DNA of 64,000 nucleotides. Origin: Myxococcota bacterium. Lineage in GTDB: Bacteria; Myxococcota_A; UBA796; CAJQPC01. The translations under genes and the position numbers were made by a program. The notes under the pieces are model-generated. The model made no database searches. It was given only the letters and a program-made list of their open reading frames with translations, and was not told where the DNA came from. Shown here in pieces: positions 34,090 through 46,361 of the stretch (within the stretch, counting starts at the first letter, position 1; every line of letters begins with the position of its first letter). The stretch spans positions 128,001-192,000 of the forward strand of contig JAZAMN010000052.1 in assembly GCA_036229005.1 (NCBI GenBank), read 5' to 3'.

Positions 34090-35823
34090 TCAGTCCCGCC
34101 GCCGCCCCAGCAACAGCAGCGGCAGCAGCAGCAGCGCCGCGGAGCCACCACTCTCCCCGCAGCCGCCCATCAGAGTGACGCCGCTGCCAGAGACACTGCC
34201 GGTGCCTCCGCCCTCGCCGCCCCAGACCTCCGCGTTGGGCCCGCCAAAGGCCCCGATGTCCGACAGGCCCCCGTCGGGATCCTGGATCTCCGGGCTCCCG
34301 TTGTCCACCAGCGGCGAGCCCTCCGCGGGGACGGGGTCCACAGCGCAGTCCTGGTCAGCGGCCGCGAACGCCGATTCGAACTCCGGCGGCGTGTCGATCA
34401 GGTTGCCCTCGCCGAGCTCCAGGCCTGCCTCCGTGATGGAGACCACCAGGCCGTCCAGGAGGTTGTAGGAGAAGTTGTCGACCACCCCGACCAGGTCACT
34501 CCGGAGCCTGTTCACGTCGACCACCGCGTTGTTGACGAACCACAGAGAGCTGGGGCTGCTGTCGATCAGCGCGTCATCGAGCTGGTAGAAGGTGTTGTTG
34601 ACCAGCTCCAGGCTGCCGTCCACGTTGAGCCCCGGCCCGCTCACCTGCCGGAGCACGCTGTTCTGCATCCGCAGGCCGCCGTCCCGCACCTCGAAGAGGG
34701 AGCCGCTGTCGCTGCCCACCGAGCAGAAGCGCCCGTTGACCAGGTCGACCACCTGCCCCAGCCCCTCGGCGTAGACGACCCCACCGGCCTTGGCGCTGGC
34801 CCCCTCCACCCGGATCCCCTTGAGGATCAGGGCCTCGCCGTCCGTGCTCTTGACCACCGCGCCGTAGTCCGCGTCCACGTCGCGGAACACACCCCCGCTG
34901 ATGGCCAGCGAGGCATCCACCGCGTAGAACGCCCCCCCGTCCACGCCCGTGACGCTGACATCCGACCAGCTATGGCCCCCGTCCAGCAGGTAGATGGCGT
35001 TGCCCTCGGCCTCGACCACCTGGACGCCCTCGGCCACCGAGTCCACGCCCGAGAGGAAGACCGCGGAGCCAAAGGACCGGCCGGCCTCGTAGCCGATCTC
35101 CGCGCCGGTCACCGTCAGCCCGTCGATGCGAACGGAGTTGGTGACCCCGCCGCTGCCGAACACGCTGTCGACAAGCAGCCCGGTGTTTCCCGTGCCTGTC
35201 GTGTCCTCCGGCACCTCGATCACGACATCCTGGAACACCCACTCCCGACCGTCCGCGACCGAGGAGGTGATCACGATCGCCGCCCCCGGGTAGCCCGCCG
35301 CGGCGGAGAAGTCGTTGCCGTGGAAGCTCACGCCGTAGAGCTCCAGCCCCCCGCTGTCCACCTGCAGCGGCGTCCCAAAGGTCCCTCCCGAGACCCCCGA
35401 GAACTCCAGCTCCTTGCCGATGAACGTGGCCCCCTCCCGCACGATCACGCCAGAGGTGCCCTCGGCCAGGATTTGGTTCGACGGGTAGGTCGACGCGGCG
35501 ACCACCGAGGACCCAGGCTGGACCTGTCCCTGCTCCACGGTGACCGTGACGCCGTCGCCGCTGACGACCATGCAGGGCAGCGACCGTGGCTCGCCGTCAG
35601 AGGACCGGATGGTCACGCTTCGCCACACCTCGACGCAGGCAAAGTAGCCGCTCCCGGAGAGCGCCCCCTCCAGGTTCTCGTAGTCCGGCTGCAGCTCGAT
35701 GACCTGGAGGTCCTCCCCGGCGAGCTGCAGGGCATCCGCGATGCGCTCGTAGTCCCGGTCCGCGCTCGCGCCGACGGTGACAGTGGATTGCGCGAAGCCC
35801 AGAGACGAGAGCAGCAGGATCAT
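34090..35823 (-). CDS. Secreted parallel beta-helix-type protein with MYXO-CTERM-like tail
   Basis: Short signal; DY..I.DAL, NNTF, SYN, SPLVDNG...DIGAFGG; C-terminus GGCG...AALLLLPLLLLGRRRD. Confidence 0.7.
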   Translation of the reverse strand: MILLLSSLGFAQSTVTVGASADRDYERIADALQLAGEDLQVIELQPDYENLEGALSGSGYFACVEVWRSVTIRSSDGEPRSLPCMVVSGDGVTVTVEQGQVQPGSSVVAASTYPSNQILAEGTSGVIVREGATFIGKELEFSGVSGGTFGTPLQVDSGGLELYGVSFHGNDFSAAAGYPGAAIVITSSVADGREWVFQDVVIEVPEDTTGTGNTGLLVDSVFGSGGVTNSVRIDGLTVTGAEIGYEAGRSFGSAVFLSGVDSVAEGVQVVEAEGNAIYLLDGGHSWSDVSVTGVDGGAFYAVDASLAISGGVFRDVDADYGAVVKSTDGEALILKGIRVEGASAKAGGVVYAEGLGQVVDLVNGRFCSVGSDSGSLFEVRDGGLRMQNSVLRQVSGPGLNVDGSLELVNNTFYQLDDALIDSSPSSLWFVNNAVVDVNRLRSDLVGVVDNFSYNLLDGLVVSITEAGLELGEGNLIDTPPEFESAFAAADQDCAVDPVPAEGSPLVDNGSPEIQDPDGGLSDIGAFGGPNAEVWGGEGGGTGSVSGSGVTLMGGCGESGGSAALLLLPLLLLGRRRD

Positions 35824-35911
35824 GGACGCAGCATACAAAAAGGCCACCGGGGTTGTCCCCAGTGGCCCTCTCACCCGCCTCTCGGCGGCACGCGGCCCAA
35901 AGACCCGGCGC

Positions 35912-36853
35912 TCAGAAGCCCGGGTTGTTGGTGGCCTTGACCTTGAGCTCGGCGATCGCCACGCTGCCCTTGGCGCTGGTGCCCTCGTAGACCTCCAGGA
36001 CCTCCATCTTGACAGGGCCAAAGGCCGAGCCGGTGTACCCAAATGGCGTGGGGATCATGGCCAGGTGCTCCCCCTTCTCGTCCGGGATCTCGGTCACCAC
36101 CGACTTGTTGTTGGCGGTGAGCTTGACCTTCTTGACGCGGTCGTGGGTCTTGGGTCCGTGCACGATGCGCACGCTGGACAGACCCAGGATGGAGGAGAAC
36201 TCCACGAACGCGCCCTCGCTGGGGGTCGCGAAGAAGCTCTTGGCGTTGTCGTCCATCATGTCCATCGTGATGTGCTCGGGGTCCTCCTCCGAGCTGCTGT
36301 CGATGGTGGGCACGGCGTCGTACTCCTCCATGTGCACAGCCAGCTCGGAGATGGCCACGGAGGGGAAGTCGCGCCCCTCGTAGACCTCTACGATGGAGAG
36401 CTTGAGCCAGCCGCCAAACCCGTTCTCACCGACCTCGGCGTTCTCGATGTCCACCACCTGCACGTCGGCGGTGTCAGCGAGGTCGATGTGGGTGGTGAAG
36501 GTGGTCTTCACGTCGCCCATGGAGCTGGTGCAGCACACAAACTCCACCTTCATCTTCTTGACGCGGGCGTAGTCGGAGAAGGTCTCCTCGTCCTTGACCC
36601 ACCCGTTCTGGAACGCGATCTTGTCGAGCTTGCCCTGGGGCACCTCGATCTGGATGTACTCGCCGACGTTCTCGGAGTCGCCGGGCACCATCCACGCGGT
36701 CTCCGGGTTCCCGTCGATCGCCGAGTTTCCACCCCAGAAGTTCTCGGTCTGGCCGCGGGCGGCGTTCTTCTGGGAGCTGACCTTCGCGCCGCCGAATGCC
36801 AGGGCGGGCAACAGGACGGCCGCGGCTGCGGTCAGGGCGATGGCCTTCTTCAT
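35912..36853 (-). CDS. Secreted discoidin-like (NADase-type glycan-binding) tandem-domain protein
   Basis: Signal MKKAIALTAAA; AIDGNPETAW...GEYI...NG....F..Y.RVKK...EVYEG...AISEL repeated twice. Confidence 0.72.
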   Translation of the reverse strand: MKKAIALTAAAAVLLPALAFGGAKVSSQKNAARGQTENFWGGNSAIDGNPETAWMVPGDSENVGEYIQIEVPQGKLDKIAFQNGWVKDEETFSDYARVKKMKVEFVCCTSSMGDVKTTFTTHIDLADTADVQVVDIENAEVGENGFGGWLKLSIVEVYEGRDFPSVAISELAVHMEEYDAVPTIDSSSEEDPEHITMDMMDDNAKSFFATPSEGAFVEFSSILGLSSVRIVHGPKTHDRVKKVKLTANNKSVVTEIPDEKGEHLAMIPTPFGYTGSAFGPVKMEVLEVYEGTSAKGSVAIAELKVKATNNPGF

Positions 36854-36944
36854 GACTACTCTCCACGAAATGGTGCGGCAGCGTAGCACGCAACAGGCCT
36901 GCGCCATTCCGAGCATGAGCGGCCTTCACGGTTAGAGAGCGTCC

Positions 36945-37526
36945 ATGAACGAGCCCAGCCCACCGCCCCTGGAAGTCGGCCAGCTCCTGGCGCGCATGAC
37001 CGCCGGGGTGTTGGTGCTCATGGCGGCCCTGGGCCTCACCGGGTGGCTGTGGGGCGAGCAGATCAAGGCCGGCGGCACCTGGTTCGTGGAGACCCTGGGC
37101 CTTCCCGGACTCTTTGCCTGCTTCTACGTGCCCGACGCCATCCCCATCCCCGGCGCCCACGAGGTCTGCACCGGCCTCTCCCTGATCGGTGGCGTCAACT
37201 TCTGGGCCATCACCGGGGTCGCCGGCCTGGGGAGCGTCAGCGGCGGCATCACCGGCTACTTCCTGGGTCGCCTGCTGGCCCACACCGAGCGCCTGCAGTC
37301 CTTCCTGAGCGGGCGCGGCGCCAAGGCCAGCCTGCTCGTCAAGCGCCACGGCGCCACCGCGGTCGCCCTGGGCGCGGTCTCCCCCATCCCCTACTCGGTC
37401 ACCGCCTGGGCCGCGGGCAGCCTGCGCATGCCCCTGCTGCCCTTCATCCTGGTCAGCCTGCTGCGCTTCCCGCGCATCGCCTTCTACCTGTGGCTGATCC
37501 AGCTCGGGGTCGCCTCCACGAGCTGA
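36945..37526 (+). CDS. DedA/VTT (SNARE-associated) membrane protein
   Basis: GSVSGG..GYFLG, RHG, SPIPY, AG..RMP...F...SLLRFPR. Confidence 0.8.
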   Translation: MNEPSPPPLEVGQLLARMTAGVLVLMAALGLTGWLWGEQIKAGGTWFVETLGLPGLFACFYVPDAIPIPGAHEVCTGLSLIGGVNFWAITGVAGLGSVSGGITGYFLGRLLAHTERLQSFLSGRGAKASLLVKRHGATAVALGAVSPIPYSVTAWAAGSLRMPLLPFILVSLLRFPRIAFYLWLIQLGVASTS

Positions 37527-37547
37527 CGGCGCTGTGCTCCCCGGGGC

Positions 37548-38798
37548 TCAGTCCAGCCGGGGTCCGTGGTGGGGGTCTTGGGCCAGGCGGCGCTGAACGC
37601 CCAGGTCCAGCTCCAGCCAGATCCGCTCGGGGATGCGGCCATCCGGGCGTGTCCACCAACAGAAGAACTCATCGGCCAGGGAGTCCCGCAGCCAGTCCAC
37701 CCCGCCGGCGTGGACCACCGCGCCTTGGGCGTCCAGCAGCTTCACGTTCTCCAGGTCTGGGAAGGACCCGTGGTGTACGCGGGCCCAGCGCTTCAACGCT
37801 CTGGCACCCGTGAAGTCCAGGGACACCCCTACACCTCCGACCGCCAGCGAGGTGCGGTCGTCCATGAGCTGCTGGTGCACCGTCCAGCGCAGGTCGGCGT
37901 CGCACTCCGAGAGCACCCGCGGGCTACCCCCCAGGTCGGCCGGGTGCGCGCCCGGGTCCCCGTGGGGGTAGACCGTGCTGGGGCCTGGGTCGGGGTCCGC
38001 GTCGCCGTCGAGCTCGGCCAACGCCTGCTGCAGCGTGCCCTTGGGCACCCGGCCCAGGGTGGCGCGGGTGGTCTCGGGCTCCACGGACACATCCCCGGGT
38101 GGCAGGGGCTTGAAGTGCGTCTTGCGGCCTTCGCCCTTGCGGCGGCTGCCCACCAGCGCCTCGAGCTCCGGTCCGGTCCAGCAGCGCGGGCCGCCCAGCG
38201 CCAGGGCGCGGCCGGGCTGCTCGATGCGGTCCAACAGGTCCAGGATGGCCTCGGCGGCGTCCAGACGGCTGATGGGTGCGTAGCGGCTGCTCTCCTTGAA
38301 GGTGTAGGGGCTGCCGCCGTCCGGCGGCTGTACGTGCCCCTCGATCACCTCGTCGTGGTAGCAGGAAAAGCGCAGGATGGTCCACGGGGCGTTGCAGTTG
38401 CGCACCCCGCCCTCCAGGTAGAAGGAGCGCCGGTTCAGGCTGGCGTAGGACCAGCGGTAGGCGCCCATCACGGACACGTGCAGGATGGTGTGGGCCCCCG
38501 CGTCGCGGGCGGCGTTCACGATGTTCTCGGCGGCCACCCCGTCGTAGATGGGCGCGCCGGGCCCGCAGGTGCGCGGGTCGATGCAGCTCACCACCGTGGT
38601 GGCGCCCTCCATGACCGCCTTGAGGGCGGAGGGCACCATGGGGTCGGCGTAGCAGAGCTTCTGCACGTCGGCCAGGCCGCGGATGCGTTCGATGTCGCGG
38701 TCATCCCGCACCACCGGGCGCACGGGGATCCCGCGGGCCTCGGCGAGGCGGAGGACCTGGAGGCCGGTCAGGCCGTTGGCACCAAGCAGTACGAGCAT
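37548..38798 (-). CDS. Atypical SDR / NAD(P)H-binding protein with C-terminal extension
   Basis: LGANGLTG Rossmann motif, HVSVMGA, WTILR, PISRLDAA, LGGP. Confidence 0.75.
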   Translation of the reverse strand: MLVLLGANGLTGLQVLRLAEARGIPVRPVVRDDRDIERIRGLADVQKLCYADPMVPSALKAVMEGATTVVSCIDPRTCGPGAPIYDGVAAENIVNAARDAGAHTILHVSVMGAYRWSYASLNRRSFYLEGGVRNCNAPWTILRFSCYHDEVIEGHVQPPDGGSPYTFKESSRYAPISRLDAAEAILDLLDRIEQPGRALALGGPRCWTGPELEALVGSRRKGEGRKTHFKPLPPGDVSVEPETTRATLGRVPKGTLQQALAELDGDADPDPGPSTVYPHGDPGAHPADLGGSPRVLSECDADLRWTVHQQLMDDRTSLAVGGVGVSLDFTGARALKRWARVHHGSFPDLENVKLLDAQGAVVHAGGVDWLRDSLADEFFCWWTRPDGRIPERIWLELDLGVQRRLAQDPHHGPRLD

Positions 38799-38891
38799 GG
38801 CCGCAGTATGGCACCCGCCGCGCCTCGACTGACAGACCCAGCGCAGCTTTTGGGGTGGGCTGCGGGGGCGAGGCGGTGGACCCCCGGGCGG

Positions 38892-41114
<2,223 letters not shown>

Positions 41115-41196
41115 GGGGAGCTCCGGGGATCGCGGCCATCGTGTCAGGGGCGGGCGGGCGCTTCAATAGCGCAGCGGCTGTGTCGATGGGGAGGAC

Positions 41197-41700
41197 ATGT
41201 TGGCACTCCTCCTTGCATGGCAGGCTGTGGGCGGCGACGCCCTGGGTCCTTGGCAGCTCGGCACCCCCGGCTCCTCCCGCGCGACGGTCGCCCAGGTCCT
41301 GGGCGAGCAGGGCATCCTCCGCGCCGAGTCCTGTGACGGCCAGGTGCAGCAGCTCATCTTCTCGGTCCCCTTCTCCGAGGTCGTCCTGCCCTCCGAGCGC
41401 TACCCCGCCGTGCGCCAGACCCCCGACGCCGTCAGCGACGCCGCGATGCTCACCCTGGCGCTCTACGAGCGCATGTCCCTGGCGGGCTGGCGCGGCGATC
41501 CCTTGAGCCCCCGCGACTTCTGGGCTGCCACCCCCGCGCACTTCTCCGATCCCGACCTGCCGGAGCAGGGTCCGGTGCAGTGGACTGTCCGGCGCTCGCT
41601 GGATCGCGGCCCCCACCACCGGGAGCTGGTGCAGTGGTGCAGCGGGACGCGGGATCTGCGCACCTGCGAGGTCAGCGTGGTGGCCGGCGAGGGGTGTTGA
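41197..41700 (+). CDS. Hypothetical exported protein
   Basis: GGAGG RBS, short hydrophobic N-terminus, host codon usage. Confidence 0.55.
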   Translation: MLALLLAWQAVGGDALGPWQLGTPGSSRATVAQVLGEQGILRAESCDGQVQQLIFSVPFSEVVLPSERYPAVRQTPDAVSDAAMLTLALYERMSLAGWRGDPLSPRDFWAATPAHFSDPDLPEQGPVQWTVRRSLDRGPHHRELVQWCSGTRDLRTCEVSVVAGEGC

Positions 41701-41712
41701 GGGGCCTGACCC

Positions 41713-42291
41713 TCAGGCGGTGAGCTCCACCATCCCCTCCGCACAGGGCGCAAAACGCAGCGCCTCCAGCGCAGCGATGCGCTCCGCTCCCCGGCTCTGC
41801 ACGACGCGCTCAAAGTCGGCCGCGGTCAGCGAGCGCGCGGAGAGGTTGATCTCCATCTCTCCATCGACCACCTCCAGCGTGAGCTTGCTGCCCAGCTGGG
41901 ACTGGTCCAGACGCACCATGCACACCTGCTCCCAGGACAGCGACCGGGTCTCCAGCTGGACGTTGAAGCGGTGGGGCACAAAGTGCAGAGCCCGATCCGT
42001 CACGAACAGGCGCCCACCGCGCATCTCCGCACCCACGCGGTGGTTCGCCGGCGCATGCCCGACCACAAGCTCCCCGGCTCCGATCCGGACGGTGGGCCTG
42101 GGCAGGAAGAGACCGCGGCCCATGGTCCAGAACACCGCGATCAGCGCAGCCGGGACCAGCCCAAAGCAGACGGTGAGGAGGATCCGCAGCCCCAGAGTCA
42201 TCTGGCCCCCTTCGCCGGGGCCGGCGAAGAACCACGCGGCCAGGCTGAAGATGGGCGCGAGGACCAGGAAGACATGCTGAGGCTTGGGCAT
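41713..42291 (-). CDS. Hypothetical membrane protein with PH/GRAM-like C-terminus
   Basis: Two TM helices then ANH...GGRLFVTDRALHFVPH.FN. Confidence 0.6.
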   Translation of the reverse strand: MPKPQHVFLVLAPIFSLAAWFFAGPGEGGQMTLGLRILLTVCFGLVPAALIAVFWTMGRGLFLPRPTVRIGAGELVVGHAPANHRVGAEMRGGRLFVTDRALHFVPHRFNVQLETRSLSWEQVCMVRLDQSQLGSKLTLEVVDGEMEINLSARSLTAADFERVVQSRGAERIAALEALRFAPCAEGMVELTA

Positions 42292-42331
42292 GGACGGGGA
42301 CTAACGCCGGCGAGGGTGGCCCAGCCGGCGA

Positions 42332-42597
42332 GGCTACGGGGTCTGAATGAAATCCGGCCGAGGCTACGGGGTCTGAGTGATCCCGAGGGGGTGGCTACGG
42401 GTCCTGGGTGAGCGCTTCGCTGCGGCTACGCAGGCTCAGTGAGCGATCCCGAGGGCCCGCGAAGGCCAGATCGGTGTCCTGGGCCCGATTTCAGCGGGTT
42501 TGGGGCCCCCAATCGGTCCTCTCTGAGCAGATCGGTGAGCCGAGCGCTCACCGGTGGGGCGTAGCCTCAAAGGGCCGCTCATTGGGAGGGCGTAGCC
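42332..42597. repeat. Phased GGCTACG-N9-TGA motif array (4 direct, 2 inverted)
   Basis: Plus strand at 42332, 42362, 42393, 42424; minus-strand copies at 42548-42566 and 42579-42597. Confidence 0.8.
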
Positions 42598-42615
42598 GCC
42601 GTCTGGGCAGGCCGC

Positions 42616-43071
42616 TCAGCCCTCGAGGGCCTGATTCAGCGCGGCTGCGGCGCGCTCCACCTTGTCCTTGGGCAGCGCGATGGCGTGAATGCGCAGCGTC
42701 TCCGCCCCCACCTTGAGCTCCAGGCGTCCCTGCCTGGGGCTCAGCAGGACCGGCGCGACCTGGGCGCCCGTGAGCTCCGCGCGGGAGACGCTCTGTGTGC
42801 CACGCAGGGACAGCGGCCCGGTGTGCACCGAGAGCTGCTCGCCATCCAGGGTCAGGCGGGTGGTGTTCAGCAGCAGCGAGAGCCCCTGCAGCAGGAAGCT
42901 TCCCCCCAGGCCGATCGGCCCAAGGAGCAGCCCGTTGGGCAGCACGGGGTTGAGCACCAGCACCACCCCCCACACGATGCAGACGAGCACCACCAGCAGG
43001 GGAAGCCAGGCCGTCGACAGGCCGCCCCAAGGGAGCTCAATGACGGCGGGGGAGTCGCTCTGAGAGGTCAT
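42616..43071 (-). CDS. Hypothetical membrane protein
   Basis: Two TM helices plus NTTRLTL...GPL bPH-like region. Confidence 0.55.
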   Translation of the reverse strand: MTSQSDSPAVIELPWGGLSTAWLPLLVVLVCIVWGVVLVLNPVLPNGLLLGPIGLGGSFLLQGLSLLLNTTRLTLDGEQLSVHTGPLSLRGTQSVSRAELTGAQVAPVLLSPRQGRLELKVGAETLRIHAIALPKDKVERAAAALNQALEG

Positions 43072-43129
43072 TTTCGGAATCTATGCGCCCAAGGTCCGCG
43101 CGCCATGGGAGTGCGGTCAAGTCCGGAGG

Positions 43130-43543
43130 TCAAGGCCCAGAGGGCGCGTAGTTGGCTTCGTCGCAGGTGTAGAAGTTCTCGAGAGCAGGCTGGGCGATGG
43201 GCTCGAAGTAGACGTCCCAGTTCTCAAACTCCTCTTCGACGAGGGGGTCTGCGAGGGAGCAGTCCTGCTCCCGGACCGACTGCCAGTGCTCCCGAGCCGC
43301 GCACCAGTCGATGCACTGTTCGGCCTCCACAGGCGGGATCAGCTGATCGGCGAAGAAGTTGGTGCAGTAGGCCAGGTGCCGCTGCTCCAGGTGCCCGCAG
43401 TCGAAGATCAGCCAGTTGCAGGTCTCGCGCACGGTGTTGAAGCGCACCTCATCAATGTCACCCACGTCCTCGCAGCCGGTGTCGGCGGAGGAATCCACCG
43501 GTTCGGACGGGCACCCGAACAGACACAGGAAGATCAGGGCCAT
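43130..43543 (-). CDS. Small Cys-rich lipoprotein (paralogue B)
   Basis: MALIFLCLFGC; GDI, C..LI.C, C.DWCAARE, FY.C shared with 43534-43917; overlaps the upstream stop. Confidence 0.7.
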   Translation of the reverse strand: MALIFLCLFGCPSEPVDSSADTGCEDVGDIDEVRFNTVRETCNWLIFDCGHLEQRHLAYCTNFFADQLIPPVEAEQCIDWCAAREHWQSVREQDCSLADPLVEEEFENWDVYFEPIAQPALENFYTCDEANYAPSGP

Positions 43544-43917
43544 TGGGTCTCCCCACAGATGTAGAAGGGAGCCGGCTCGTCCTCGTTGTAGGTGGTCAGA
43601 TCTGGAGACGCGTAGCACTCCACGTCTTCCCAGAGCTTGTAGGCCTCTCTGGCCGCGCACCAGTCAAAGCACCAGCCCTGATCAGGGCCGTCGTAGATGG
43701 CGCTGTTCGCCTGCCCCAGGTAGTTCACGCACTCGTAGTAGTCCAGATCTGGCTCGACGCACTCGATCAGGTAGAGACAGTGCTCCTTGTGCCAACGCAT
43801 GAGGAACCGAGTGATGTCGCCTGGCTCGGAGCAGTCCTGGGGCGCGGTGTCGACGCTTTCCTCCATCAAATCGATAGAAGCCGAGTCGCCACATGCGAAA
43901 TACAAGAAAAACCACAT
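43534..43917 (-). CDS. Small Cys-rich lipoprotein (paralogue A)
   Basis: MWFFLYFAC start 2 nt after the upstream TAG; WCFDWCAARE motif. Confidence 0.7.
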   Translation of the reverse strand: MWFFLYFACGDSASIDLMEESVDTAPQDCSEPGDITRFLMRWHKEHCLYLIECVEPDLDYYECVNYLGQANSAIYDGPDQGWCFDWCAAREAYKLWEDVECYASPDLTTYNEDEPAPFYICGETQWP

Positions 43918-43919
43918 GA

Positions 43920-46272
43920 CTACTGATCCTCGCACACGCTCTCAGATATCCTCACACCATCGGCCGGAATCTGTGGAGGGTTTCCGGTCGTCCCATCCAC
44001 CGGCGAGTACTCATCACAGTCGGCGCCCCCAGCACCAGTGAACTTGAACGAACAGCCCACGCCTTTCCGCTCCGCGGAGATATGGGCCCACACGTCTCCG
44101 GGCCAGTCGATCTGCACATCCAGTTCTACCTCATTGGTGGCGGCTGAGATAACCTCAATGCTCACCGTCGCAGTCGCATTGCGAAGATCTGTCTCTGAGT
44201 CCTCCGCCAGGATTGCCAAGAGACCCTCATCCAAGCTGTCGAGGATGATGTCACCAACCGGGACATCCGTCCATACGTAGGAGTTGGTCGAAGAATCAAA
44301 GGCCCCAGAGCATGTGTCCGGTAGGTACAACGAAGTTCCCGACGGAATGGAATTCGCGGCATACTGAATCTGGTCCACTTCGCCCAAGGCCACAGCCGCC
44401 GAAAGGAGGGCGTCGCAACCGATTCCATAGTTCACACTCGTATCCAGCAAGTCCATCATGCACGGCTCAGAGCCGCCCGCCTCAGACACGTTCAGATACA
44501 GAGGCTTCTGAAACAGGACCACGGTCTCCCCAGCGTCCTCCCAGACCACGATCTCCGCAGTTCTGTCGACGAACTCAGTAGTATCTTCTTTCCACTTCTG
44601 AGTATCCACCTTCCACCAGCCAGTGAGCTCGGGACAAGCCCCGATAGATGAGGTGTTGGTCGCGGTAGCGCGTGTAAGCGCGGGCATATCATTGGCCGGC
44701 TGCGAAATGACCAAATCACCCCACAGGCGCTCTGCGATATAGCCGCTGGACATGCTCTCGCCGAAGCGATAGCCGGGGCCACCAAAGGGATCCACCACGG
44801 CCGACACAAAGCCCGTTGGGTCGAGACCGTCGGGCTGAGCAGCGAAAAGGGCCACCGCTCCTTGGTCCGAACCCATTCCCGGGATGCCGACTGCGATGTC
44901 GTTGAGCAGCGACGCGTCTGAATAGTACTGCCCGTTCTTGTCAGATGCGACAAAGTTTCCGACAGCTACAGACTCTCCGAGTCGATTGCCGGACGAGGAC
45001 AGCCCAATGGAGGACCCAGTAAGACAGGTGGTCGACTGCACGGCGAGGAGGGAAGCCTCAGCGAAGTCCGTGTCGATCAAGAACTGGCACACGGCACCAG
45101 CGTCTGGCTTGGTCGTCCCATAGGTCACGTCGTATCCAGGTATGCCGACCAAGAGGCCATGCTTCTTGGTCATCAACTCGTCATCTGGGGAGTAGATGAT
45201 CGGGCCGCTCGCCAGGGAATGACCAAAGTCATCGTCCATCGGGCTACTGTCAAGTGATGTATCTCCATTCCGTCTGACGTTCAGCCCGATGGGGTAGACG
45301 GGGGTCGAGACGCCATAGCCCCCCTGCCCCCGGAACACCCAGACGGCTCCTCCACTTGTTCCGTACGGCGCAGCGACAATCAGGTCCGGCCAGCCCTGTC
45401 CGTCATTGTCAACGTTGTCTACGATGATCTCCGAGCCAAACCCCCAGTGGTCGGTGGGGTTGGGGTTGGGGATGCTCATTACCCAAGTGAATGGACTCGA
45501 TCCCCGCTCCGCTGCTGTGGGGTCGACCTCGAAGATCTCTACACGCTCGTCTCCGGGAGCCCCAACGGCGATCCACTCCGGTGCCAGCTCTGCTCGGTCC
45601 CATGGCGCATCCTCGTCAACCTCGTCTCGACTGGCGATGGCGATGGCGGCACCAAACTCAGAGCCCAGCATGGGAGTGGGGTCAACGACCTCGCCCGCAT
45701 AGACCAGAATGGGCTCAACAGACGGGTCATTGTTCGGCTCAAATAGGTATACACCACCAACAGTGGAGCCTGTCCCGGTATCAGGAGCCCCAATTAACAG
45801 CTCTTCGCCACAGGCGTAATCCGGTCCCCCCGGCCATGCCTCCCGGCAGTCATTGATGTTCCCTGCAGCCAACTCCGCTCCAAACTGATACTCAACGCCA
45901 CCAGACGCTCCCCCGAAAACGGCCGGTACGTCTGACGGCACAATCTGCATGACATTGGCACTGGAGCCATCGAATTGCGAGCTCGACAGGTTGGCTTCCA
46001 TGATCTGAACGAAGCCTTCGAGGTCACCGTCAGGTGCAGATCCAAGAGCCACCAGACGCAGCGCGTCCGGTTCAGCGGGGGAAGATCCCACACTAAGGAT
46101 AGCGCTTGCAGCACCAAGCTCCATCGAGTGAGAGTAGGGAGAAGAGATCCCCGCCGCGTAGTCTCCAATGTCCGGTTCGCACAGGAGCGGATCTACCCCC
46201 TGCGCTGGCTCGTCCACGCCGTTGTCTCTACAGGCGAGAAGAGAAGAGAAGAGAAGAGAAGAGAAGATTCAT
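43920..46272 (-). CDS. FG-GAP (integrin-alpha-like propeller) lipoprotein, frameshifted in its signal peptide (long open frame 43920-46217)
   Basis: FGAELAAG...ELLIGAP, FGAAIA...AVGAPG, FGS...DLIVAAP, LGESVAVG, DIAVGIPG; LAC lipobox at 46230-46238 is out of frame with ATG 46272. Confidence 0.75.
46236..46265 (-). repeat. (TTCTC)6 simple sequence repeat within the signal-peptide coding region
   Basis: Six perfect GAGAA units on the plus strand at 46236-46265. Confidence 0.95.
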
Positions 46273-46361
46273 CACGCCCCCAACGGAGTCTTCAAGGTGT
46301 TCTCCGAGAGTAGAACTCACCTCGCCCACCCAGTCAAGGAGACTTGCATCACCGTCAAACC

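Noticed and set aside
42332..42597. Possible CRISPR array
   Set aside because: Period of 30-31 nt is too short for repeat plus spacer, conservation is limited to 10 nt, and orientation inverts
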